Both the position numbers and the translations under genes were made by a program. Below, piece after piece: positions 41,846 to 55,342 of a DNA stretch of 64,000 bases. Position 1 is the stretch's first letter. Every line of letters begins with the position of its first letter. The stretch is from Eledone cirrhosa (taxonomy: Eukaryota), in NCBI GenBank assembly GCA_964016885.1, contig OZ024750.1, positions 30,938,001 to 31,002,000 of the forward strand, read 5' to 3'. The notes under the pieces are model-generated. The model ran no database searches, was not told the origin of the DNA, and saw only the letters and a program-made list of their open reading frames with translations.

Positions 41846-41916
41846 TATTTTATTATGCGCATTTCAAAAACAAACATCATCATGCAATAATATTTGTATT
41901 TTCATCAGATAAAACA
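41846..41916 (-). ncRNA. Type I hammerhead ribozyme motif (inverted twin of 42067-42137)
   Basis: Reverse complement of the plus-strand copy with an intact core. Confidence 0.83.
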
Positions 41917-42066
41917 GGAGGACATGATATGAAGGCTAAAAAACACTTGTGGATAGTGCAGTTTTAAATCAACATATCAAATATATTGATTTAAAACTGC
42001 ACAACATATGTTGATTTAAAACTGCACTATCCACAAGTGTTTTTTAGCCTTCATATCATGTCCTCC

Positions 42067-42137
42067 TGTTTTATCTGATGAAAACACAAATATTATTGCA
42101 TGATGATGTTTGTTTTTGAAATGCGCATAATAAAATA
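42067..42137 (+). ncRNA. Type I hammerhead ribozyme motif
   Basis: Stem I TGTTTTAT/ATAAAATA; CTGATGA at 42075-42081; 16-bp stem II with one mismatch; GAAA at 42118-42121; palindromic stem III TGCGCA; AUA cleavage triplet. Confidence 0.85.
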
Positions 42138-42473
42138 CATGGAACTCCTTTAACCATCTTTTGATCTTTATATATTATGTATACTCCAGTCCTACAAACT
42201 GTAGAGTGCTTCTTATCCGATATCTGCATTGCTTTATTGTACTACAATAAAACTCACCTCCTACATATATATATATATATATATATATATGTAACAAAGA
42301 GGGTGTGGTAAGATACCAGGTAGACCTAACACACCAGAGTACTCAATACTTAGGGTAGTAGTAGAGTGGATAATATGAAAATAGTCAGGACCTCGATGGC
42401 TGAGCTCCCACTGTTTTGACAGCTAGATCCGGATCTAAAAATAACCGGAGCTCAGCCATCAGGTCCTGACTCT

Positions 42474-42531
<58 letters not shown>

Positions 42532-43480
42532 CTTTGGAAGGGTCATACTGCCAATAAAAACACATGTACATTTTGGTTTTCACTTCAATTTATTACAAAT
42601 TTCCAGTTGGCTGGTTTAATATTGCATGGTTCTTTATTTGTTTATTGTCAAAACTCTTTCATCACACATTCTGTGACCTCCTCAGTGACTAAATTTTTAT
42701 TTTGTGTCTCTCCTTTGTTCTGTCCTACACCGTTTTGTTTTTGTGTGTTGTATGCTGTGTACTTGGGTTTCACATGCGTTATATCTGGGTGGTGGATTGG
42801 CAGTATCGGTAGAGGGTCGGACGCTATGCTTTGACGTATAGAGTTACGGCCCTTGCCATTCTGAGTTCAATCCCGCCGAGGTTAACTTTGCCTTTCATCC
42901 TTACGAGGTTGATAAAATAAAGTACCAGTAATGCTCTGGGTAATTTCTGGCCTTGTGCCAAACGTAGAAACAATTATTTATTTATTTATATATTTATTTA
43001 CTTGTCACTATTTGGTTGCTTGTTCTATCTGCGTGTATCTGGTTTATTTTATTAGTTTGGTTCTTATGTGTCTCTGTATGTCTTTATCTTGTCCTTAATT
43101 ACTAATTGTGATGTTGTTGCTATTCCACTCATGTTTTCTGTTAAATTTTGGTTGGAGTTCGTTTATGTTTGTTGCTTCTGTAATCTGTTTGACAGTGACA
43201 AGGGACAACCCAGCCCCTCCTATTTTTGCTGTTACTAACACCACATCATAAAGAAAAAGAGAGAGAGAAAGATAAACGAAAATGTGAATTTATATATACT
43301 GTATTTATATATATATAGTAATAATAATAAAATTGAAGACTAAAATCCAAAGAGGGCTCGATAAGGAAAATATATATCAAATATATAAGAACCGAAGAGC
43401 AAATATTTATTAATATAGTTTCAGAAGATCCCGTTAAGGGTGAAAGCAGCGATTCTTTGCTTAAACTTTAATCTGTTATA

Positions 43481-43523
<43 letters not shown>

Positions 43524-43970
43524 GGAAAAAATGAAATTTCATTTCTCACTCATAGTACGGCTGATACTTAAATATAAGTATGTATAGGTACATACATATA
43601 TGTATACAGACATACAGTAGTATGTATATACATACATACATGCACACATATATATATGTACGTATGGGTTTATCAAATATTTATTATAATATTCGGTTTG
43701 TTTGTAAACAAACAGCCCGAATAAAGCCGTACAGTGTTCGGCAACCATCGTTGCCCTTTTGTTCAACACTGACAAAGGAACGATGAACTAGTTTTTAGTT
43801 TATTAGCTGTCATCAGCACCGTATAAATGAAATTTCATTTTTTCCAGTTTTCGTTTTCGGTACGCCCGGCCGACTAACTCACTCGCTATGCAAATTAGGC
43901 TGCTCAGCTGTTAATATGCATAAGGAAAGTATATACTTTCAAACGTTCAATCGATTGACAGGAAGGTATA

Positions 43971-44011
43971 TAGTGCTGATGACAGCTAATAAGCTTGAAA
44001 CTAGTTCATCG
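43971..44011 (+). ncRNA. Minimal hammerhead ribozyme motif
   Basis: GTG-CTGATGA-c-AGCT/aata/AGCT-t-GAAA-CTAG-TT-CAT. The inverted twin at about 43780-43821 has GAAA changed to AAAA but a better stem I (CGGTG/CATCG). Confidence 0.65.
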
Positions 44012-44306
44012 TTCCTTTGTCAGTGTTGAACAAAAGGGCAACGATGGTTGCCGAATACTGTACGGCTTAATTCGGGCTGTTTGTTTACAAACAAACCGAA
44101 CATTATAATAAATGTTCGGTAAACCCATACGTACATATATATATATGTGTGCATGTATGTATATATATACATACTACTGTACGTCTGTATACATATATGT
44201 ATGTACGTATACATACTTATATATATATATATACACACACAGACACAACACACACAAACAAGATGGCGTAGGCCAGAACAAAGGAGAGACACAAAATAAA
44301 CAAACA

Positions 44307-44349
44307 GTCACTGAGGAGGTCACAGAATGTGTGACGAAAGAGTTTTGAC
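44307..44349 (+). ncRNA. Minimal hammerhead-like motif
   Basis: GTCA-CTGAGGA-g-GTCACA/gaatg/TGTGAC-GAAA-gagt-TT-TGAC. An inverted twin lies at about 42647-42689. Confidence 0.6.
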
Positions 44350-44922
44350 AATATATAAACAACCATCTGGTTATTGAACCAACCAACCGGAAATTTATAA
44401 TAAATTGAAGTGAAAACAATATATATATGTAAACTATGTTTTCTAATATTCTCTTCTAATTAATATACAGCTTTATTTTATTATGTATTTTTAATCATAT
44501 TTTTCTATATAGGCTATTGGCTATAATAAATTGACAGCTACTCCGTCATTTGTCCGTACTAAATTTAAATGGGGGAGGGATTAAATGACATTTTATGAAA
44601 CAAAATAACAAATAACAAAGCAGGTAAAAAAAAAATGTATTTCAAGAACTGAATAAAAAAAAATTTACTTTTAGATTTAATCCCATTGCATGGCACATTG
44701 GGCACATATCTTCTAAAGACTCGGGTTGACTAATGCTTTGAAAGTGGTGGAGTGTGTCCCGAAGAAAGCTGCAGTAGAGGACGACCAAGAAAGATTTGGA
44801 CAGAGCTGACCTCAAATCGCTAAGATTGGTGGAGGAGATGACGATAGAACATAACAAGTGGAGAGATGCCATGCTGAGAAGGACTCATCCATCCCATGCA
44901 AGCAAGAAAGACATAACAATGA

Positions 44923-44988
<66 letters not shown>

Positions 44989-45045
44989 ATATATATATAA
45001 TGAAGAAGAAAGCGATGCCTCACCGCATTTTAATTATTAGGTAAT

Positions 45046-45116
45046 ACCTGTTATACGTATTTCCATGGTATCTGTTACGTAATTGTACTGTTCAGGTACT
45101 ATTTTGTCAGACAGGT
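45046..45116 (-). ncRNA. Degenerate hammerhead motif
   Basis: Stem I ACCTGT/ACAGGT, core CTGACAA (G8 changed to A), imperfect stem II, GAAA, palindromic TACGTA, AUA triplet. Lies next to (TA)n. Confidence 0.6.
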
Positions 45117-46042
45117 TTTACCTGTATATATGTTGGTTATATTTTGACCGGGTGGTTTTCGGTGTTTATTCTCCACTACCCCGAGTGTTAACGTCTTCAA
45201 TGCAAGTTTTAGATTATAAAAATTAGTCCAGTAAGTTGGGCATATAAGCCTCTAAAAAGCGCCACTTGCGGAAGTCGACCCAAAGTGGTCAGCCTTGAGA
45301 AGGTCAGAAGAGTAGGTTCAACCCAGTGGCGCAATCACAATATGCTACAACAATCTTTTTAGTATGTTTTGGGTTACCTCAAATAACCTCTTATGGATTT
45401 GGGCATGACTGAGTGTTAAGTCTATCCGCGTGACATGGTGGACTGGTTCAGACATCTGCAGGCGTGGCATTGTGGTATAGTTAAGGTATTTATGGGTGTG
45501 ACCTGGTAGTGTGGTTAAGACGTTTGAGAGCGTTGCATCGTGGTATTGTCAAGACGTTTATGGTCACAGCATGGCGGTGATAAGATGTTTACGGGAGTGC
45601 CATGGCGGTGTGTTTAAGATGTTTGTGGGTGTGGAATCGTGGTGTGGTAAAGAAGTTCGCTCAGTATATACATGGTTTGGGGTTCAAGTCCGTTGCACGA
45701 GACCTTGGGAAAGTGTTTTTTTACACTAATCTCAGCTCGACGCAGGCTTTGTGAGTAAAATTGTGTAGACGAAATTGTTTGAATGCCCATTGCATGAACT
45801 ATGCCTGTAATTCAAAGGGCCAGCCATGTCACACACTGTCACGCTGAATCTCCCTGATAATTACGTTAAGGGTACACGTTTCTGCGAAATTCTTAGCAAC
45901 TAACACGTTAATTTCATGAGCAGACTGTCCCGTTGACCGAATCAACTGGAACACTGATCACCGAAACCAACGGAGGTCCATTCTAACCATGTACTTTTAA
46001 AGTTTATCTTTAGTTTGTATGAGATGAAAGAATGGTATTCAA

Positions 46043-46900
46043 CTAATGCAATGGTACGCGATGGGGCCCACCCACAGCCCCGGCGGACAGAATGGAGAAG
46101 GCGTTTCCTAGGAGGACGGCAAGGGAGACGCGCTGGAAAAGCCACTCCAAATCGCGGGGCTCACACCTACGGCTGGCCAGCTCAGCGCCTATGGTGGTGA
46201 GTAAAGAGGTAACCTCGGGACCGAGGACACCAGAAGCTTCCACTGCCAGGGGAACGACCGCAAACCTGTCGGAGAGCCACCGGTAGTTGAGGAGTTTGCC
46301 CCCCTCAGCCCGACGTGCAGCAGAACCTGGGTCAGGCGCAGACTGCACCAGGTTGCGGCTGTAGAAAGTGTCGGTGCAAGTGGCATCCCAGACGAGGGCT
46401 TTGCTACCGCGGAACGGGAAGATGGTCATGCCATCTGGCCTTTTGCCGTCCTCTCGATCCAGCCCCACCGGCTCGAGCTGGGAAGGGAAGCCTGCAGCGT
46501 ACAAGCCATGCTTAATGACCTCGTTGAGGGCAGCATGGCGTGGAATGCGGCCGGCACTGTGGAGGCAGGAAAGCGGGTGGAGGCCGAAAGAGTCCACGGT
46601 GGAACCGTAGCGACATTGGTGTGGCTGGCAGATCCGGAGGCCGAGCCTCAGGGAAACGCCGATTCGCAGGCTCTGGTTGTCTAGCTGCGTGCCAGTGGAG
46701 AAGAAGGGCAGAGCATGGAGCCAGGCACCACTGTGGGGTTTGGAGGCCGCATGAAAACAAGCAAGGCTAGGCTGCACTGGATGGCATCCCAAGTGCGTTG
46801 GGGGGACTTGACGTCAACAGGGGGAGAAGGAGGAGGGACGTCTACTGGGCTAAGACTTAGCCGGTCCCACGTCTCACAGGAGGCCTCATGTTCTCTGAAC
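46043..46900 (-). mobile_element. CRE-clade retrotransposon 3' fragment: degenerate zinc knuckle and restriction-like endonuclease
   Basis: ORF 46043-46792 has GAWL.ALP, LRLG, C....D..G.H..SC, RH, EP, RPDG, WDAT..DT and PLAVE..G motifs. Confidence 0.88.
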
Positions 46901-47346
46901 AGAGAGGGTTCTGTTGTGTACTTATATTTTCTATCTTCTTATAAATTTCAAATTGCTTTGCAGTGTACCCTAAGTTTTTTTTCCCTGGATTAAGTTCCTA
47001 GTCCCCGCAACCCCGGAAGAAGCCGTACAGTACTGTACATATGTCTAAATATATATTTTCAAAAAGAAAGACTATAACACTCAGACTAAGTTCCATAACA
47101 TTTCATGGGAAACTAAGGCTCTGGTGATAACGTCTCTTCTCCCTAATAGTGTTAGAGGTCGGGAAAAGGTCAATGAGTGCTCCTTTCTCTATCTCACTAA
47201 ATTATCCTGTCTTATCCTCGGCCGTCCAGTTTGACACTCCACTGAATCCACACGTTGCTTCTATTCGCCACGATCATTCATGATTGTCTTGAGCTTTACC
47301 GTCTCGCACCATGTCTGTGTCTTCTAACAGTGTGTCCATCTTATCC

Positions 47347-48215
47347 AAATATCTTAAGGAGCCCCGCGTGGTGGAGTGGCTGTTGCAGTGGGTGTCGCTG
47401 GCCATTGTCTACGGGAATGCTTTTGTGGTCTAGTCAGCAGGGCGCAGCCCCATTACAGCTGCAACCTAGGCCCTAATAGCTTAGTGAGAATCTACTGGTT
47501 ACAGCAGAATCTGTTTTGCTTTATAGAAACATGAACACTTATAAAAGCATTAAAGAAACAATTAGATGTATTCGACACCAGAACGATGTTAATGGCACTC
47601 AATGTGTCATGGCGAAGTCATATAACAAATAAGCACTTTATGATGATCTTCCAAAAGTTTCATTAAATGTTCAACAAAAAGGGAAGCAACTCGCAGGTCA
47701 TTGCATCAGACACAATGATGACGGCAAAGAAGTTAGTGTTGTGGGAACCTACTGAGGGAAAAACCTGGAGAGGAGATTTTTTTCTTCTTCCTCTCCAGGT
47801 TTTTCCCTCAGTAGGTTCCCACAACACTAACTTCTTTGCCATCATCGTTGTGTCTGATGCAATGACCTGCGAGTTGCTTCCCTTTTTGTTGAACATTTAA
47901 TGAAACTTTTGGAAGATCATCATAAAGTGCTTATTTGTTATATGACTTCGCCATGACACATTGAGTGCCATTAACATCGTTCTGGTGTCGAATACATCTA
48001 ATTGTTTCTTTAATGCTTTTATAAGTGTTCATGTTTCTATAAAGCAAAACAGATTCTGCTGTAACCAGTAGATTCTCACTAAGCTATTAGGGCCTAGGTT
48101 GCAGCTGTAATGGAGCGCGCCCTGCTGACTAGACCACAAAAACATTCCCGTAGACAATGGCCAGCGACACCCGCTGTAACAGCCACTCCACCACGCGGGG
48201 CTCTTTAAGATATTT
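47347..48215. repeat. Long palindrome, about 428-bp arms with a 14-nt spacer
   Basis: 47347-47774 is the reverse complement of 47789-48215 with a few mismatches; mirrored ORFs appear on both strands. Confidence 0.95.
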
Positions 48216-48738
48216 TGTTCTTTAGACAAACTAATACAACTTTAAGGTCTCCGACCCTCAGTAATGAGGATCCAAATAGATGTATCTGAACTATTTTACA
48301 TATTAGTCAAACTTTGATAATTTAAGAACTTTCGTGGAAGAACTACTTGTGGAGTTTATCACTTTATATGCTAAACGTTATCGATTTAAAACGATCCATA
48401 AAAATGACCGAAAGCAGGTTAAAAATACACATGATCAATCATTAAAATGACATTCCGTATGGAATTCACATTCAGAAAATAAAAGATAATATGTCTGTCT
48501 GTCTGTCAACCTGTCTCTCTCTCTCTCTCTCTCTCTTTTTCAGTCTCCCCCTCTCTCTCTTTCTCTCTCTCTTCCTGTCGGTCTGTCTGTCTGCCTCTCG
48601 CTCTGTCTGTCTCCCAGTAGGTCTGTCTATCTCTCTCTCAGTCTCCCCCCACCTCTGTCTGTCTGTCTGTATGTCTGTCTGTCTGCCTCTCGCTCTGTCT
48701 GTCTCCCAGTAGGTCTGACTATCTCTCAGTCTCCCCCC

Positions 48739-48772
<34 letters not shown>

Positions 48773-49455
48773 GCTCTGTCTGTCTCCCTGTCGGTCTGTA
48801 TCTCTCTCTCTCTCTGTCTCCCCCCCCTCTGTCTGTCCCCTCCCTCTCTCTCTGACTCATTAAAAATAAAATACTCTAGATTTTGTAAATCTGAGTTTTT
48901 CGAATATTATTAATAATTGTTTCTATTTTTGGCACAAGGCCAGCAATTATCTCAGTGTATTACTGGTACTTTATGTTATCGACCCCGTAAGGATGAAAGG
49001 CAAAGTCAACCTCGGCGGGATTTGAACTCAGACCATAAAGGGCCATAACTCTTGCTGCAAAGCATGTCGCCAGACCCTCTACCGATACTGTCATTCAATT
49101 CGTTTGCAATTATGCAAACAGCCTCTTAAGTCACGTGAGTAGAACAACTTCGTCATTCTTGGTCTTTCTAGTTTTTTTTTTAAAAATCATCAATCAAGGG
49201 AAGCAACTCATAAAGTAAATTTAATGAGCATGGAGAGGGAGACAACCCATTAACGTTATTGTTTTCTTACGCATAACTGCTTTAGCTTTTCACAAGAGAA
49301 GTGACAACTTCTACAAAGACATTGCCTATGGCTTCCATTGAAAGCCGAACAACGGACATAGTTTAATATTGAAATAAAAATAGCCTTTCATTTTAAGCCC
49401 ATTGCCAAACCTGAAAACTTTATTGTTATTCATATTCATGTATTAATATCTGTTT

Positions 49456-49525
<70 letters not shown>

Positions 49526-49763
49526 CAGCTCCGTATGTCAGAATTGTTTGTAAGTAGCTGAGACAGCTCATACGTCAGCTGTTGCTAGAAATCGCAATGA
49601 AGGTACCTTTTTTTTTTTTAGTATTCAAATGTCATGCTAGTACAAACCTCTATATTCTCTTTGGTCTGTACCGTTTCTTTGCAGTCTTTCCCAGTCTCAA
49701 AAACCTCTCTACTTCAATATAGGCTTCGGCTTTTCCTCCCTTTACTTTTCTACATCTGTCTGT

Positions 49764-49813
<50 letters not shown>

Positions 49814-50052
49814 CAGGAAAGAAGATTGACATGGTTTGCTATACAAAAAAGGTTTTTAATCTCACTGCTGACAATTGTTTCTCTGAACTGGTAGGTCTAG
49901 AGATCGCCATTCGCTTGTTTTCACGTTACTCGATCGCCAATACAAAATTATAACCAGTCAGTTCTTCGGAGCATGCAAGAATGAAGAGGATATATAGGCA
50001 TGAAACTGGACTACACCTAAGTGGACTGCATATAACTATTATTTGTTACACC

Positions 50053-50094
<42 letters not shown>

Positions 50095-50146
50095 AAGTAT
50101 GACCCCGACGGCAGAGCTCAAGCCGTTTCGACGGCTATTTCTGGAC

Positions 50147-50184
<38 letters not shown>

Positions 50185-51581
50185 TATATACATTCCAAAA
50201 CTCACCCACACGCACATACACACGCACACGAATCTTTAATTGCTCGCGCATTCGCGGAAACACGCATATGAATATCGGTGAATACACACCCGCATTGCTG
50301 CCCCACCAATTACACCAAAAACACACACACACACACACACACCCACACACACACACATACACACACACACACACAAGGGTCGATGCCTTTATATATAGCT
50401 TCTCAGCCCACATACCACAACAAAAATATATCGTTTGTCACATTAACAGTCTGACGAGCAGATCGAAACTGGAGTCGCGTCCATAACTCCTATGGGTGAC
50501 CTTGAGCCAATCCTCTGCGAAATGCCTGTAACAGGTCGATACGCAATAAATATTTTTCATATGTAAACGAAATTTCATTTTTTTTTCTATTATATACACT
50601 CTGCCAGAATCAGCACGGCACAATATATGACAAGGCTGGACCTTTGAATTACAGGTACAATCCATTTTATAGTATAGGGTAAATGACTGAGTATTCAACA
50701 GACACGTAACGTAATTCACAGTCAGAATCAGCCAGAAGACGAGACCTTTGAATTACAAGTACAATCCATTTTTTATCATAATTGTTTCTACTTTTGGCAC
50801 AAGGCCAGCAATTATCTCAGTGTATTACTGGTACTTTATTTTATCGACCCCGTAAGGATGAAAGGCAAAGTTAACCTCGGCGGGATTTGAACTCAGAATG
50901 GCAAGGGCCGTAACTCTATACGTCAAAGCATCGCGTCCGCCCCTCTACCGATACTGCCAATCCACCGCCATTTTATATTATAATGAAAGTGGTTGAGTAT
51001 TCAACAGACACGTAGACACGTAACGTAATTCTCAGTAAGATCCAGTCTTTGGACCTTTGAATTACAGGTACAGTCCATCCGAAGGGCTTCTAAACAGTTT
51101 CCCTCTACACAAGTCTATAGTAAAGATATTTGCCATACGACACAGCCTTACAATACCTAGAAAGAAATCCTTCGTATACTCAAACTGGGAAACTCATATT
51201 CTCACCAAATTCTTCATACAATGGTATCTCCTAATTTTCTATAGGGTAACCTTTCCGAACTTACCAATATCTAGACTATCGATCTTACTTTCAGAATATC
51301 AAAGACAAAGAATATTGTCTTAAAATCGCCTACGTTATCACTTCCATTCATCTACAATAAAGATTTAGCAGAGTAGAACTTTATTGAACACTTTTCCTAG
51401 GTTATAACCATTGATTGCTCATAAAACGTTGGTAAAAGAAATATTTCTGGCCTCGAGATTAGCGGAATATTTGATTTTTAGAAAGTTGAGTCTCTAATAT
51501 ATTGGATCAAAAATTTTATCAAACCGCCCCATAGCACACAACTTAAAGTTTCTCCGATGCACATCTCATGAATATAGTATA

Positions 51582-52975
51582 CTAGCTGACCCGTACGGCT
51601 GGCGCCCGGCTAGGTATACCGGCATTTTATCTTTTCAGAAATCCCCCCTACACTCCAGTGCATAGATACCGCACGCCTTCTCAAGTCAGTGAGGTGTGTG
51701 TGTGTGTGTGTGGGGGGGGGGGGGGTTAACGTGCTCTGATGTTGGGTTTGAATAGTTTTTAGGATTCCCCAGTTCAGCAGCTAGTACGTTAAAGAAAATT
51801 GATAGTTACAACAATAAAGGCTGAACAGAGAACACATTTTTTAACAAACAATAATTTGTACAACCATAAGGGAAATTCTAAGTAACAGAAAATATTTAAA
51901 TTACATTGTTAGTGCCTCAGAGTATACAATATTTTTTGTTCGGCCCTCCGGAGCAAAGATCAAGAGATTGTTTGCTGAGCTCACCCTAGAGCATCCTACA
52001 TACAATTGACCATGGGAGAATCACTGATTTCGTAGCTCGTCTCGTGGAGAAGCTCTGTAGACGTTGACCTCTGGACACTCCTGTCAGGAGCAGGTAAGCT
52101 GTAGTGACTTAGAGGCCTACCACCAATCTCCAGGACACTGTTTTCAAGACAAATTAGTGCCTCATTGAAAACGACATCGTATGTTACGTTTGGATTGTGT
52201 CTGCGTGTGCGGTGGAGGATGTCCTCAGCTAGACTTTCACGGTAGTTGTTCCACAGTATGAGAGGGTCGGCGAGATCGCAGTTGTGCAGCATAATAGCAA
52301 AAGGTGTTCGCAGCTGAGAAGGGACTTTAGCAGCTGCTGCTTCTTGCAGAGTGAGGTGCCAATGGCTGTCATCGTGTAACATACCACGCATCTGGCAAGC
52401 CAAACGGTAAGTGGAACATTGATGGCCCATGATGGTTCTCAGATCTTGGAAAGACTCTGGTCCTCTAGCCTCGAACAGTAACAATGACGATAAGCCGTCT
52501 GTGCTTTCGTGAAATAAATAGGTTTTTGTTTTTGTGTATGCAAAAATATCTGTACAGGAATATATATATTAAAATAACATTAAATTTTATGCAAAGAATC
52601 GCTGCTTTTACCCTTAACGGGATCTTCTGAAACTAAATAAATCTGTCTGTGAACGCAGAAGTAAATATTTCGAAAAATGTTATCTAATTCAGACAGCTAG
52701 ACATACAGACATATTATAAAAGAGGGGAATGTTGTTCGACGTCATAAGAAAAAGTGAGGAATGACGTATAACCGGAAGTGTTGACATTTGAAATTTTAAA
52801 GAAGTGAATATTTAAATAATGTCTTTAATCTTTTAACAAAATTCTGTAGACAAAAATACCCTCACTTTTTTACTTCGAAAAAGTTACATCTATGGTGCAA
52901 ATTTGGTGCTGTTTGGTTCAGCCGTTTGGCGGAAAGTTTGTTACCTACATACGGCCGTCAGTTTTATAGTATAGA
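51582..52975 (-). mobile_element. Internally deleted Helitron with both termini
   Basis: 5' end A|TCTATACTATAAAA at 52975; 3' GC-rich hairpin followed by CTAG|T at 51582. RepHel remnants are GPESFQDLRT...TYRLAC...GML.DD..W...L.EA (ORF 51996-52484) and the helicase end FSHGQLYVGCSRV...TKNIVY.EAL. Confidence 0.9.
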
Positions 52976-53299
52976 TTGGCGTGTGTTTGTGCGTTTAAAT
53001 AATCTTTTCTTTCTTGCTGTCGTTGCAATTTTTAGCTTCAATATTTCAGTTTGTAGAATCTGTTAATATATTCAACTGTGAACAGTTTAAATTGGCGGTG
53101 TAAGATAGCGGGCCGGACAAAAATCACTCGAGGGCCGGATATGGCCCGCGAGCCGGGGGTTGCCGAAACTATTTATTATGTTTTTTATTTGATCGTGTGG
53201 ATTGCCCAGACGAATTCCACTCCCTCTCCTCTTCCAGACATCGCAGTCTTCCATGTCATCCTTGAGATGATCTAACTGCAGCTGGACATCCCTAAACAG

Positions 53300-53780
53300 C
53301 TGATCAATAGAGATCAGAAACTTGTTAGATTTATTAAACATATTTTTAAACACAGGGTAAAGTATTGTAACTGCTTAGTTTACTGCCCTGAAAGAGGTTA
53401 AATAAAAATAAAAATATCCTTTCACCCTGTCAAAAATCGTGTGATTACCACCAACTTCAAAATTATACATAAATAAGGTGCTAAAATATTTTTGATGTAG
53501 AGGTAGGGATAAATGTTAAAATGGTTTCCCTTTTGATGTGAAATTCATGTTTCCTATTGTTTTTGATATGTTTTGAATAAATATGGACTTCAAACCGGTC
53601 GGAAATTGGTAAAAAAAAAAGAACCATTACGTAACATCTGATCAATAGAGATCAGAAACTTGTTAGATTTATTAAACATATATTTAAACACAGGGTAAAG
53701 TATTGTAACTGCTTAGTTTACTGTCCTGAAAGAGGTTAAATAAAAATAAAAATATCCTTTCACCCTGTCAAAAATCGTGT
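53300..53780. repeat. Direct duplication of about 140 bp (53300-53440 and 53638-53780)
   Basis: CTGATCAATAGAGATCAGAAAC...AAAATCGTGT occurs twice. Confidence 0.9.
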
Positions 53781-54109
53781 ACTGCATTACTAATTAATCA
53801 TTGTACACTTATTTGTTTTGGTCCGTAACTTGTCAGCGTCACTTTAAGAAGGCGACCAATAAAGCCAGCGTGTTTGTTATACTTACAAGAGTAAGAGTAA
53901 GTGCATCACTGATTCTCATCTGTGTATGTCATTCTATATTCAAATATATTGTTCCACTTTCAAATGAATAAGAGCAAATGGCCATCTCGGTGCCGTTGTA
54001 GGTGTGAAGACAACTAAATTGGTTTTAGAACTAAACTAATATCATAGACTCACGTTTCTAAAGTGCTATACTATGTATAAGTGGGTGTACATACGTCTAT
54101 GTACATAAA

Positions 54110-54815
<706 letters not shown>

Positions 54816-55342
54816 CAATAGATATGTATAGTTAAGTGGAGGTCCGAAAAAGAAAAGTATTCTTTAGCAAATGTCTACTAGGTTTCAGTCAAGGTCGAGA
54901 CAAATGTATTTGTTTTTACTTTAGGCACAAGGCCAGCAATTACCCAGTTCATTACTGGTACTTTATTTTATCGACCCCGTAAGGATGAAAGGCAAAGTCA
55001 ACCTCGGCGGGATTTGAACTCAGATCGTGAAGGGACGTAACTATGCTGCAAAGCATGGCGTCCGACCCTCTACCGATACTGCCAATCCACTGCCAAATGT
55101 ATTATCACCTCGTCAGTAGCTCGTAGTCAGTATAGTTTCATGTATTATATGGGTGGAGGTGGAGGTGGTGCTGGTGACATGGCGAAGATGCATTCGTTTG
55201 TACATGTTATGTAACTGTGCTTGTTCGCTAATACTTTATTCATACATCTTCACAACAATACGTACCTATTTTGTTGAAATACAAGTATATATATACTTGT
55301 ATTTATATTTATAGCAAGTATATATATATATATATATATATT

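Larger units (their letters stand above)
41814..42168. repeat. Inverted repeat, about 163-bp arms (41814-41977 and 42006-42168), Penelope-like pseudo-LTR relic
   Basis: The arms are near-perfect reverse complements, flanked by (TA)n, and each carries a hammerhead motif. Confidence 0.9.

Noticed and set aside
43415-43460. CAGAAGA-tCCC/GGGt-GAAA motif in a TA-flanked repeat
   Set aside because: U4 is A in both copies, and I found no convincing stem I, stem III or UH.
50445-50481. CTGACGA-gcagatc-GAAAC-tgga-GTC hammerhead-like string
   Set aside because: The core and GUC are present, but stem II has only 1 bp and stem I needs a bulge. It could be chance or heavily decayed.
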